Shown piece after piece: positions 8,652-17,680 of a DNA stretch of 64,000 nucleotides. Each line of letters opens with the position of its first letter. The stretch's first letter is position 1. The stretch spans positions 512,001 through 576,000 of the forward strand of contig CAVVYR010000007.1 in NCBI GenBank assembly GCA_963752475.1, read 5' to 3'. Made by a program: the position numbers and the translations under genes. Below the pieces are notes generated by a model. That model searched no databases. It was given only the letters and a program-made list of their open reading frames with translations, and had not been told where the DNA came from. Origin of the DNA: an uncultured Chloroflexia bacterium. GTDB taxonomy: Bacteria; Chloroflexota; Limnocylindria; Limnocylindrales; CSP1-4.

Positions 8652-8727
8652 GTCCTTTCAGTTCCGCCGTGGGGCGACCACGCCCGGCACACGAGCGGGA
8701 CGAACCCGTTGGGAGGAGTGAACGCCT
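8652..8727 (+). promoter_or_regulatory. Putative S6:S18-responsive ribosomal protein leader
   Basis: Follows extended -10 TGcTATCCT (8637-8645); TTCaGTTCCGC/GCGGGACGAA stem, unpaired CCCG, and TCCT able to pair with the SD. Confidence 0.45.
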
Positions 8728-9198
8728 ATGCGTCGCTACGAACTCATGCTGGTCCTGCGGCCGGATACCGCCGATGACCGCGTCCAGCAGATCCTCGACC
8801 GAACCACCCGTGGCATCGCTGCGGGCGACGGCCAGATCGTCAAGGTCAGCCCCTGGGGCCGCCGCCGCCTTGCCTATCCCATCTCGGGCTACCGCGAGGG
8901 TTCCTACTTCATCGTCGTCTTCGACGCGCCCAGCGAAGCCATCGACGAGCTCGAGCGCAGCCTGAACATCACCGAAGAGGTCATGCGGCACCTCGTCACG
9001 CGCATCGAGCGCCCAGCTCCCCGTCGTCCCGAGAAGGCTGACGAGGAGGCTGCGGAGGCCGAGGCTGAGGCCGAGGCCGAGCCCGAAGAGGCCGAGTCGG
9101 CCGACACGGACGATGCGCCGCCGGTCGACGATGAGCCTGAGCTCGAGGGCGAGATCATCGACGAGTCCGAGAGCGAAGCCGCACCCAAGGCCGTCTAG
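8728..9198 (+). CDS. rpsF: 30S ribosomal protein S6 with acidic C-terminal tail
   Basis: MRRYELMLVLRP...WGRRRLAYPI...VMRHLV. Confidence 0.97.
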   Translation: MRRYELMLVLRPDTADDRVQQILDRTTRGIAAGDGQIVKVSPWGRRRLAYPISGYREGSYFIVVFDAPSEAIDELERSLNITEEVMRHLVTRIERPAPRRPEKADEEAAEAEAEAEAEPEEAESADTDDAPPVDDEPELEGEIIDESESEAAPKAV

Positions 9199-9222
9199 GA
9201 CGTCCCTCCAGGGAGGATCAGC

Positions 9223-9729
9223 ATGTCGCTGAACAAGTGCATGATCATCGGCAACCTCGGCCGAGATCCCGAGATGCGCTACACGCCCAGCGGGCAGGCC
9301 GTCACGCAGTTCAGCGTGGCCACCAACCGCAACTTCCGCGATCCGCAGGGCGAGTGGCAGAGCGAGACCGAGTGGTTCCGCGTCGTCGTCTGGGGTGACC
9401 AGGGCGAGCGCGTGGCCGAGTACCTGCGCAAGGGTCACAAGGTCTACGTGGAGGGTCGCATCCAGACCCGCCAGTGGGAAGACCAGAGTGGCAACAAGCG
9501 CTACACGACCGAGCTCATCGCCAACCGCGCAACGTCGCTCGAGCGACGCGATCGTGATGGCGAGCCGCCGTTCCCGGGCGACACCTCGGCTGGTGGCTCG
9601 AGCTCGGGCTCGGGCGGCTCCGGCAGCGCCCAGAGTGGCTCCGGCAGCGCCCAGAGTGGCTCCGGCTCCAGCTCATCGTCCTCCGGCACGACCAGCTCGG
9701 CCGAGGATTTCGACGACCTTCCCTTCTAG
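9223..9729 (+). CDS. ssb: Single-stranded DNA-binding protein
   Basis: LNKCMIIGNLGRDPEMRYT, Gly/Ser linker, C-terminal DDLPF; rpsF-ssb-rpsR order. Confidence 0.98.
   Translation: MSLNKCMIIGNLGRDPEMRYTPSGQAVTQFSVATNRNFRDPQGEWQSETEWFRVVVWGDQGERVAEYLRKGHKVYVEGRIQTRQWEDQSGNKRYTTELIANRATSLERRDRDGEPPFPGDTSAGGSSSGSGGSGSAQSGSGSAQSGSGSSSSSSGTTSSAEDFDDLPF
9616..9666 (+). repeat. 21-bp tandem repeat (x2.4) in the SSB linker
   Basis: GGCTCCGGCAGCGCCCAGAGT twice plus a partial copy (GSGSAQS). Confidence 0.85.
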
Positions 9730-9776
9730 CCCTACCCGGCTAGCGATACCGACACCGACGAGAAAGGAACCCGCCA

Positions 9777-10037
9777 ATGCCTCCTCGCAAGCGCCGCGAC
9801 GACTACTATCGCGACCGCCGTCGCCGCAAGGTCTGTGCCTTCTGCGCCGATAAGTCCAAGACCATCGACTACAAGGAGGTCAACCGCCTCCGCCGCTACA
9901 TCAGCGAGCGCGCCAAGATCGAGCCGCGTCGCAAGACCGGCACCTGTGCCCAGCACCAGCGTGCGCTGGCAGTGGCCCTGAAGCGCGCCCGCCACGTAGC
10001 TTTGCTGCCGTACGCGCCGCAGCACATGCGCCCGTAG
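9777..10037 (+). CDS. rpsR: 30S ribosomal protein S18 (Zn-binding type)
   Basis: RRKVCAFC...IDYK...TGTCAQHQR...ARHVALLPY. Confidence 0.98.
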   Translation: MPPRKRRDDYYRDRRRRKVCAFCADKSKTIDYKEVNRLRRYISERAKIEPRRKTGTCAQHQRALAVALKRARHVALLPYAPQHMRP

Positions 10038-10079
10038 GCCTAGCCGCCGCTCGGCTTCCGCGCCGAGCTCGCCGCACGA

Positions 10080-10112
10080 ACGACCCGGTCGAGAGACCGG
10101 GTCGTCTGCTAT
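10080..10112 (+). terminator. Hairpin ending the rpsF operon (terminator-like)
   Basis: Perfect 11-bp stem ACGACCCGGTC-gaga-GACCGGGTCGT; weak U tract. Confidence 0.6.
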
Positions 10113-10124
10113 CTGTCGGCCTGG

Positions 10125-10501
10125 CGCTACCTGCGAGCTGGGAGCTGACCGCGGACCCACCAGCGAGCGAACTGCAACCGCCAGCCTGCCGCTACCTGCG
10201 AGCTGGGTGCTGACCGCGGGCTCACGGCTACCCGCGAGCGAACTGCCGGCCTGCGACCCACGGCTCCCCGCGCGCGAACTGCGGCTGCCAGCCTGCCGCT
10301 ACCCACCAGCTGGGCCACTGGGCCAAGCGGTTCGCCAAGCGTCGCCGATCGACCCGGCGTGCAGGTAGATCGGCCAGGACCTGGCCGCCTGGCCCTGGTG
10401 GCGGGTCGGATGGCCAGCTGCTTGGCTGTGTCACCCGCTGCGCGTAGGAGGTGGTCGCTTCAGGACAGCTGCTTGGCCCGGTGACCCGCTGACTGGGTAG
10501 C
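10125..10501. repeat. Degenerate direct and nested inverted repeat cluster
   Basis: 30-bp direct repeat at 10125-10154 and 10190-10219; ~35-bp inverted arms 10298-10332 and 10466-10501; inner palindrome CGGCCAGG-a-CCTGGCCG at 10371-10387. Confidence 0.75.
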
Positions 10502-10667
10502 TCGCTAGGTTCGAGGGCTCACGCGGGCCCTGAAGGCATCGACTGGTGGCGCCCGAGTGGCATCGCGGCGACCCTTCTACTCCGCGTTCCGCACCCACGG
10601 TGGCACCGCACGGGCGTCAAGACCAGCCCAGGTCGACGACGACGGCGCTCCGCGTATACTCCCGAGC

Positions 10668-11663
10668 ATGTTGGACCAGAAGCCCGCCCAGACCACGCCC
10701 GAGACCACTGCCGAATCCCAGGCTGCGCGCCCTGGCGCGCGCCCCCAGGACGCCACGGTATGTTGGTTCGAGGACGCGTGGACGCCGCTGGCGGAGGCCA
10801 AGGTCAGCGTGATGACCCACGCCTTCCTCTATGGCACGGCGGTCTTCGAAGGTATCCGCGCCTACTGGAATGCGGACGAGGAGCAGCTCTACCTGCTGAA
10901 GGCACGCGAACACTTCGAGCGCATCATCGACTCATCGAAGATCCTGATGATGGATCCGCACTACAGCGTCGACGAGATGGTCGACCTGACCGTCGAGCTG
11001 CTGCGCCAGAACCGCTATCGCGAGGACTGCTACGTCCGCGCCACGGTCTACAAGTCGGACGAGGCCATCGGCGTCAAGCTGCACGGCCTCGAGTCGAAGC
11101 TGAACCTGCTTTCGCTCCCATTCGGCGACTACATCTCCGTGGACGAGCCCATCAGCTGCGGCACCGTCTCGTGGCGCCGGACCGGGGACCTCAACATCCC
11201 CTCCCGCGCCAAGATCACCGGCTCCTATGTGAACCCGGCGTTCTCCAAGACGGAGGCCGCGCTCAACGGCCATGAGGAGGCCATCGTGCTTACGCATGAC
11301 GGCAAGGTCTCCGAAGGCAGTGCGGAGAACCTGTTCATGGTGCGCAAGGGCCAGTTCGTCACGCCCGGCGTGACCAACGACATCCTCGAGGGCATCACCC
11401 GGGCCGGCATCGTGGAGATCGCGCAGAAGGAGCTGGGCCTCGAGACGCTGGTGCGACCGATCGATCGCAGCGAGCTGTATGTGGCCGACGAGGTCTTCCT
11501 CTGTGGGACCGGCGGTCAGATCTCAGCAGTGGCGTCGATCGACCATCGGCCCATCGGGGACGGCGGCATCGGGCCCATCACGCAACGGATCATGGATACC
11601 TACTTCGCGGCCGTGAAGGGCCAGCGGGAGGACTATCGCGGCTGGGTCGTCCCGGTCTACTAG
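10668..11663 (+). CDS. ilvE: Branched-chain amino acid aminotransferase (class IV PLP)
   Basis: HAFLYGTAVFEGIRAY, AKITGSY, EGSAENLF, LEGITR, ADEVFLCGT. Confidence 0.93.
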   Translation: MLDQKPAQTTPETTAESQAARPGARPQDATVCWFEDAWTPLAEAKVSVMTHAFLYGTAVFEGIRAYWNADEEQLYLLKAREHFERIIDSSKILMMDPHYSVDEMVDLTVELLRQNRYREDCYVRATVYKSDEAIGVKLHGLESKLNLLSLPFGDYISVDEPISCGTVSWRRTGDLNIPSRAKITGSYVNPAFSKTEAALNGHEEAIVLTHDGKVSEGSAENLFMVRKGQFVTPGVTNDILEGITRAGIVEIAQKELGLETLVRPIDRSELYVADEVFLCGTGGQISAVASIDHRPIGDGGIGPITQRIMDTYFAAVKGQREDYRGWVVPVY

Positions 11664-11720
11664 AACGGCATCACCGCGGTCGCGCTGCCGCCCGCCAAAC
11701 CGCCCCCAACGACGCTGGAG

Positions 11721-13634
11721 CTACGGCTTCAGCGACTTCGATCCGCTCCCCACGATGACGATGAAGTCGGCCTGAGAGTCGGGGTCGTCGATGCGCTCGA
11801 TCGTGCGCCCCTCGCTGTTCAGCGTGCTTCGGATCTTCTTGAACGTCTCCGGCATGGCTTCGTCGGCGCCGTTGTAGACACGGATCACGGTGCTCGTGAA
11901 GTCGTTGCCTTCCGCCTTCCCGCCGTTGACCGGGGGAACGATGGCGTCCATGCCCTTGCGGCTGAGGTTGGAGGCGGCGTCGATGGCCTTGGCGTTCTTG
12001 CCGCCCTGGCCGTTGAGCACGTAGACGATGGCCTCTTCGTCGCGGATCCTGTTGATCTCCCGCTGCTTGCCCTTGGGCGTGCTGAAGATGTTCTTCACCG
12101 CGGACTTGATGGCGGCCGGCTTAGCCTTGAGCATCCACAGGCCGGAGCTGCCGCAGGGGTAGCACTCGCTCACGTACCTGACGCTGCTGAGCACGAGGTT
12201 CTCGCGACCGTCGAGATCCAGGTCCTGGGCCAGCGTCAGCATCTTGGGCACGAGCTTGGGCGGGATGTTGGTCTTGACGTCCTTGGACAGCTGGTTGATG
12301 AGCTCGGTGATGCGCGAGGGGTTGCCGAGGAGCTCGCCGATGTCCGTCTGGTCGCGGACCGAGGTGATGACGCGCTGCTGGCGAGCGGAGCGATCGAAGT
12401 CCGACGAGCCATGGCGTGAGCGCGCGTAGGCGAGGGCCTCCTGGCCGTTCATCGTGGTCATGCCCGGCGGCACGTAGAGCTTGAGCTTGCCACGCCCGTC
12501 ACCGGTCGAGTAGGAGGTGTCCATGACCGGCAGCTGCACGTCCACGACGACACCATCGAGCGTGTTCACGACCGAGCGGAAGCTGTTGAGGTCGACGGCC
12601 ATGTAGTACTTGATATCCAGCCCGTACAGCTCGCCCAGCGTGCCCATGAGCGCCTTGTAGCCGCGCTGCTTGTCATTGCCGGGGAAGAGGTCCGAGCGCG
12701 AGCGCGCCACGGTGTAGAGCGTGTTGATCTTGTTGTTCCACTTGCCGCCGAGCGCGTTGTGGGCGGGCCACTCCCTGGGCAGCGGGATGTTGCTCGCGTC
12801 TCGCGGCAGTGAGATGAAGGCCAGCCGTCCCGTCGTGGGGTCGATGCTGATGGTGATCATCGTGTCCGTCAGCAGGCTGGCGTTGTTGATGCCCTGGCGT
12901 CCGCCGTCCTGGCCGATGAGCAGGATGTTGAGGCGGTCCTTGCCGTCCCAATCGGCCGTCTTGGGCGTCGCGGTGGGCTCTTCGGTCGCTTCGGGCGTGG
13001 GCTCTGGGGTCGCTTCGTCCGTCGGCTCCTCGGTCGGTTCGTCCGTCGCGCCATCGGTGGCGTCCGGGCCCTCCGTCGCCCTCGGGTCGGGCGTCTCCTG
13101 TTGGGACAGCTCCTCCGTGATCAGTTCGAAGTCCTCACCGCCGAGCTCGACGAGCTCCTCCGCCGCGATGACCTCGCTGTCATCACCGGCGTTGCCTTCC
13201 AGCGCGGCGTAGAGGTCCGTCGCGTACATCACCGGGCGGGCGATGGCGATATGGCTGGCGACCAGCACCACCACCAACGCGACCAGACCGGCGGTGGAGA
13301 GGATGCGTGTGGAGCCGTTGCCGATGCTCCTGTCGGTGGCCAGGCGATACGCGTCGAGGACCGCGACGAGGCGGTAGATGAGGTCGAAGACGAGGAAGAC
13401 CAGGACGAAGGTGAGGAAGTCCGGGTCGACCACCTGCTCGATGAGCTCGTCGCGCGTGTAGCTGAGTGCGAGACCCGCGCTCGCGGCGATGCCGAAGATG
13501 GGCAACGCCGCCCACAGCAACGCCCTCAGCCAGCGATGCAGATAGGCATGGCCGAGGCCGGGGAAGATGAACGAGAGGAACGCCGCGGCGAATGCGCTTC
13601 GCCTTGGACGCACGGCTACGTCTGCTGGGGCCAC
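11721..13634 (-). CDS. LCP (LytR-CpsA-Psr) family protein with N-terminal TM segments and LytR_C-like C-terminal domain (start GTG 13634 or ATG 13643)
   Basis: NILLIGQD, TDTMI, ISLPRD, KIN, ALAYARSRH..SDFDRSARQQ; C-terminal VYVLNG...DFIVIVG. Confidence 0.92.
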   Translation of the reverse strand: MAPADVAVRPRRSAFAAAFLSFIFPGLGHAYLHRWLRALLWAALPIFGIAASAGLALSYTRDELIEQVVDPDFLTFVLVFLVFDLIYRLVAVLDAYRLATDRSIGNGSTRILSTAGLVALVVVLVASHIAIARPVMYATDLYAALEGNAGDDSEVIAAEELVELGGEDFELITEELSQQETPDPRATEGPDATDGATDEPTEEPTDEATPEPTPEATEEPTATPKTADWDGKDRLNILLIGQDGGRQGINNASLLTDTMITISIDPTTGRLAFISLPRDASNIPLPREWPAHNALGGKWNNKINTLYTVARSRSDLFPGNDKQRGYKALMGTLGELYGLDIKYYMAVDLNSFRSVVNTLDGVVVDVQLPVMDTSYSTGDGRGKLKLYVPPGMTTMNGQEALAYARSRHGSSDFDRSARQQRVITSVRDQTDIGELLGNPSRITELINQLSKDVKTNIPPKLVPKMLTLAQDLDLDGRENLVLSSVRYVSECYPCGSSGLWMLKAKPAAIKSAVKNIFSTPKGKQREINRIRDEEAIVYVLNGQGGKNAKAIDAASNLSRKGMDAIVPPVNGGKAEGNDFTSTVIRVYNGADEAMPETFKKIRSTLNSEGRTIERIDDPDSQADFIVIVGSGSKSLKP

Positions 13635-13740
13635 GTCGGGCATCGTAGCCGCTCTTCTCGAAACCCGCCCATGCGCGACATGGTGGTGCGTCGGGGCACC
13701 ACCCGGTGCTGGTTGGCGCTCGGCTAGACTGGGCCGACCG

Positions 13741-16700
13741 ATGACACAAAGCCCATTCCCGGCTGTCGCAGCGCAGCCTGACCTCGCTGCCCAGGAACAC
13801 CGCACGCTCGACTTCTGGCGCGAGCGGTCCATCTTCAGCAAGCTCCGCGCCCAGAACGCGGATCACGAACACTGGTCCTTCGTCGACGGCCCCATCACGG
13901 CCAACAACCCCATGGGTGTGCACCACGCCTGGGGCCGCACGTACAAGGACGCCTTCAACCGCTACCACGCCATGCTCGGCCAGGAGCTGCGCTTCCAGCA
14001 AGGCTTCGATTGCCAGGGACTGTGGGTAGAGGTCAACGTCGAGCGTGAGCTGGGCTTCACCAGCAAGAAGGACATCGAGACCTTCGGCATCGCCGACTTC
14101 GTACGCCTATGCAAGCAGCGCGTGCTGACGTACGCCGCGGTCCAGACGGAGCAATCGATCCGCCTCGGCTACTGGATGGACTGGAACGATCCCGAGGAGC
14201 TTCGCCGCCTGCGCGACCTGCTGGAGCAGGATCCGTCGCAGGTCATCACCGTCGATGGCCCTGACGGACCGGTCACCGACACGGTCGAGATGATCGTCGG
14301 CCGCCTGGGTCTGCCGGAGATGGGCGGCTCCTACTTCACCTTCAGCAACGAGAACAACGACCTCATCTGGGCCTTCCTGGCCGAGTGCGACAAGCGCGGC
14401 TGGCTCTACCGCGGCATCGACTCGATGCCCTGGTGCACCCGCTGCGGCACGGGCATGAGCCAGATGGAGATGAACGAGGGCTATCAGGACCGCGAGGACC
14501 CGGGCCTGACCGTGCGCTTCAAGCTCGTGGAGCGGCCGGGCGAGTCGCTGCTGGTGTGGACGACCACGCCGTGGACGATGACGGCCAACGTGGCCGCGGC
14601 AGTGCACCCCGACCTCGAATACGTGCTCATCGACCAGGGTGGGGACGAGCGGTTCTGGGTCGGCAAGGCTGCGCTCAAGACCGCGGTGCAGGGCGACTTC
14701 AAGGTCGTCGATACGCGACCCGGGTCGTTCCTGCTGGGACTCCACTACACCTTCGCCTTCGATGTCCTGCCGGTCGTGCAGGAGGCCTTCGCGGGCGGCC
14801 GTGACGAGAACGGCGCCTCACCCTACGTCCATCGCGTCATCGAGTGGGACCAGGTCGGCGAGGACGAGGGCACGTCGATCGTGCACATCGCACCGGGCGG
14901 TGGCGCCGAGGACTTCCAGCTGGGCAAGCAGCTGGACCTGCCGGTCATCGCGCCACTCGACGAGGCTGGGCATTACCTCAAGGGCTTCGGCAAGTTCGAG
15001 GGCATGGACGCGGCGGGTGTCGCAGCCGAGATCATCGAGGAGCTCGAGGCGCTCGACTTCTACTACCACCTCGAGCCGTACACGCACCGCTATCCACACT
15101 GCTGGCGTTGCGGCACGGCGCTGCTCTTCCGCGTCGTGGACGAGTGGTACATCTCCATGGGCCAGGTCTACGACCAGCCGCGCGAGACGCTGTCCCGTGA
15201 GCAGGTCGACGCCAGCCTGCGCTACCAGATCATGGAGATCGTGGACCAGATCGACTGGTACCCGAGCTTCGGCTACGAGCGCGAGCTCGACTGGCTCTTC
15301 ACGATGGGCGACTGGATGATCTCCAAGAAGCGCTACTGGGGCCTGGCCCTGCCCATCTGGGAGTGCACGGCCGAGGACTGCGATGGCTACCAGGTCATCG
15401 GCGGGCGCGAGGAGCTGGGCGAAGCCGCGTCGGCCGGATTCGAAGCGCTCGACGGCCGCACGCCGCACCGCCCCTGGGTCGACGAGGTCGTCGTGCCGTG
15501 CAAGACCTGCGGTGCCGAGTCGCGTCGTATCAAGGACGTGGGCAACCCCTGGCTCGACGCCGGCATCGTGCCCTTCTCGACACTCCACTACCGCACCGAC
15601 CGCGACTACTGGGAGAAGTGGTTCCCGGCCGACTGGGTCAGCGAGTCCTTCCCCGGCCAGTTCCGCAACTGGTTCTACTCGATGCTGGCGATGGGCACCG
15701 TGCTGCGCCGCGAGCGCCCCTTCAAGTCGCTCTTCGGCTATGCCACGCTCTATGGCGAGGACGGCCGACCCATGCACAAGTCGTGGGGCAACGCCATCGA
15801 GTTCAACGAGGCCGCGGAGCGCATGGGCGTCGACGTCATGCGCTGGATGTACGCCACCGCCCGGCCCGAGGACAACATCCTCTTCGGCTACCACACCGCG
15901 GACGAGGCCCGTCGCGAGCTGCTCGTCCTCTGGAACACGCTCGCGTTCTTCACGACGTATGCCCGACTGAGTGACTGGAGGCCGAGCCGAGCGGTCATCG
16001 GTCAGCAGTCGGCCGATGCGGATCGCTCGCTGCTCGATCGCTGGATCCTTTCGCGCGCGGCGGAGATGGCCGCGAGCGCGGGCTCGTCCATGGACGTCTA
16101 CGACACCCGCGGCGCCACCCGCGCCATCAGCGAGTTCGTCGACGATCTCTCGCAGTGGTGGCTCCGCCGCTCACGCCGTCGCCTCTCACGCGGCGATGAC
16201 GCGACCGACCGAGACGTCGCGTTCGGCACGATGCACCTGGCCCTGATGGCCGTCGCCCGCACGATCGCACCGCTGCTGCCGTTCCTGGCCGAGGAGTTCC
16301 ACCAGGTGCTGGTGGCCTCGACGAGCGAGGAGGCGCCCGAGTCGGTCCACCTCACCGCCTGGCCCACGCCCGACCTGGCGCCGCTGCGCGACGAAGCGCT
16401 CGAGGCCGCCATGGCCGACCTGCGACGGGCCGTGGAGCTGGGTCGCACCCTGCGCAGCCAGGCCGGCATCAAGGTCCGCCAGCCGCTGGGTACGCTCTGG
16501 CTGGCGATGCCGCCCGACTGGCCCACCGATGAGACCGCCGACGAGCTGCTGGCCCAGCTGGCCGAGGAGCTCAACGTCAAGACCGTGGAGGTCATCGGTG
16601 ACGAGTCCGACCTCGTGGACCGGCGCGTGAAGCCGCTGCTGCCGGTCATCGGCAAGAAGTACGGCCAGCGGATCCCGGCCATCATGGCCGCCGCCCGCGC

Positions 16701-17127
16701 CAACGAGGTCGAGTACCACGACGACGGCTCGGTCAGCCTGGCCGACCTGACGCTGGCACCCGACGAGGTCGAGATCCTGGCCACCCCGCGCCCGGGTACG
16801 GCCGTGGCGCACGATGAGGGCATCGTCGTCGTCATCGACACCGAGCTCACGCCGGAGCTGGTGGCAGAGGGCGACGCGCGCGAGCTGACCCGGGCCGTGC
16901 AGGACCTGCGCAAGCAGGCGGAGCTGGCGCTCGACGCCCGCATCACGCTCTGGGTCGACGGCCCGGCCGAGATCGTCGAGCGACTCACGCCCTACTTCGA
17001 TGGCGTGGCCGCCGATGTCCTCGCTGACGACGTTCGCCGAGAGGCTGCGTCCGATGACGCAGGCGTGGCGGAGGTGGCCCTGACCGAGGGCACCGTCCGT
17101 ATCGCGCTGCAGGCCGTGGATGGCTGA
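13741..17127 (+). CDS. ileS: Isoleucine--tRNA ligase, type 2
   Basis: DGPITAN, GFDCQGL, LLVWTTTPWT, YPHCWRC, DWMISKKRYWG, C-terminal AEGDARELTRAVQDLRK; upstream of lspA. Confidence 0.95.
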   Translation: MTQSPFPAVAAQPDLAAQEHRTLDFWRERSIFSKLRAQNADHEHWSFVDGPITANNPMGVHHAWGRTYKDAFNRYHAMLGQELRFQQGFDCQGLWVEVNVERELGFTSKKDIETFGIADFVRLCKQRVLTYAAVQTEQSIRLGYWMDWNDPEELRRLRDLLEQDPSQVITVDGPDGPVTDTVEMIVGRLGLPEMGGSYFTFSNENNDLIWAFLAECDKRGWLYRGIDSMPWCTRCGTGMSQMEMNEGYQDREDPGLTVRFKLVERPGESLLVWTTTPWTMTANVAAAVHPDLEYVLIDQGGDERFWVGKAALKTAVQGDFKVVDTRPGSFLLGLHYTFAFDVLPVVQEAFAGGRDENGASPYVHRVIEWDQVGEDEGTSIVHIAPGGGAEDFQLGKQLDLPVIAPLDEAGHYLKGFGKFEGMDAAGVAAEIIEELEALDFYYHLEPYTHRYPHCWRCGTALLFRVVDEWYISMGQVYDQPRETLSREQVDASLRYQIMEIVDQIDWYPSFGYERELDWLFTMGDWMISKKRYWGLALPIWECTAEDCDGYQVIGGREELGEAASAGFEALDGRTPHRPWVDEVVVPCKTCGAESRRIKDVGNPWLDAGIVPFSTLHYRTDRDYWEKWFPADWVSESFPGQFRNWFYSMLAMGTVLRRERPFKSLFGYATLYGEDGRPMHKSWGNAIEFNEAAERMGVDVMRWMYATARPEDNILFGYHTADEARRELLVLWNTLAFFTTYARLSDWRPSRAVIGQQSADADRSLLDRWILSRAAEMAASAGSSMDVYDTRGATRAISEFVDDLSQWWLRRSRRRLSRGDDATDRDVAFGTMHLALMAVARTIAPLLPFLAEEFHQVLVASTSEEAPESVHLTAWPTPDLAPLRDEALEAAMADLRRAVELGRTLRSQAGIKVRQPLGTLWLAMPPDWPTDETADELLAQLAEELNVKTVEVIGDESDLVDRRVKPLLPVIGKKYGQRIPAIMAAARANEVEYHDDGSVSLADLTLAPDEVEILATPRPGTAVAHDEGIVVVIDTELTPELVAEGDARELTRAVQDLRKQAELALDARITLWVDGPAEIVERLTPYFDGVAADVLADDVRREAASDDAGVAEVALTEGTVRIALQAVDG

Positions 17128-17680
17128 GGCGTCCGCCTCGGCCGCATCGGAGGAAGCCCGCGAGACGCCGCAGGGGCGGCGCCGGCGCTGGGCGCTGTTC
17201 GGGGGGACTGCCATCGCGATCGTGGTCCTCGACCAGCTCACCAAGACCTGGGTCGACGCCAGCTTCGCGCGTGCGGCCGAGGGCGGCTCGACAGAGCTCA
17301 TCGGCGACCTCGTGCGCATCTCCAAGGTCTACAACGACGGCGCCATCTTCGGCTTCCTCGACGCCTCGGCCATGCTCATGGCCCTGCTCACGGTCTTCGT
17401 CGTGGCTGCGGTCCTGTGGTACGAGTGGCGTCACGGCGCGGGCCTCGGGCCGCTGGTGACCGTCGGTCTCGGCCTGCTCACCGGCGGCGCCATCGGCAAC
17501 CTCATCGACCGACTGCGCTTCGGGCACGTCATCGACTTCGTGGACATGGGCATCGGCGACACCCGCTGGTACGCCTGGAACATCAGTGACGCCGCGGTCT
17601 TCCTGGGCATCGTGGCTCTCTTCCTCGCGGCCCTGCTGGGCGATCGCGCTCCCGGCGTCCGACAGCAGGGGTCCACATGA
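17120..17680 (+). CDS. lspA: Lipoprotein signal peptidase II
   Basis: DQLTK, NDGAIFG, GGAIGNLIDRL..GHVIDF, WNISD. Confidence 0.95.
   Translation: MAEASASAASEEARETPQGRRRRWALFGGTAIAIVVLDQLTKTWVDASFARAAEGGSTELIGDLVRISKVYNDGAIFGFLDASAMLMALLTVFVVAAVLWYEWRHGAGLGPLVTVGLGLLTGGAIGNLIDRLRFGHVIDFVDMGIGDTRWYAWNISDAAVFLGIVALFLAALLGDRAPGVRQQGST

Noticed and set aside
10125-10219. CRISPR-like spacing (30-bp repeat, 35-bp spacer, 30-bp repeat)
   Set aside because: Only two copies, the spacer is made of motifs repeated nearby, and there is no leader or cas gene in the window
13648-13740. T-box riboswitch before ileS
   Set aside because: Only ~100 bp separate the divergent genes and a -10-like TAGACT lies 10 nt before the ATG, leaving no room
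14185-14330. Intein in ileS
   Set aside because: Too short, with no Cys/Ser start or His-Asn end
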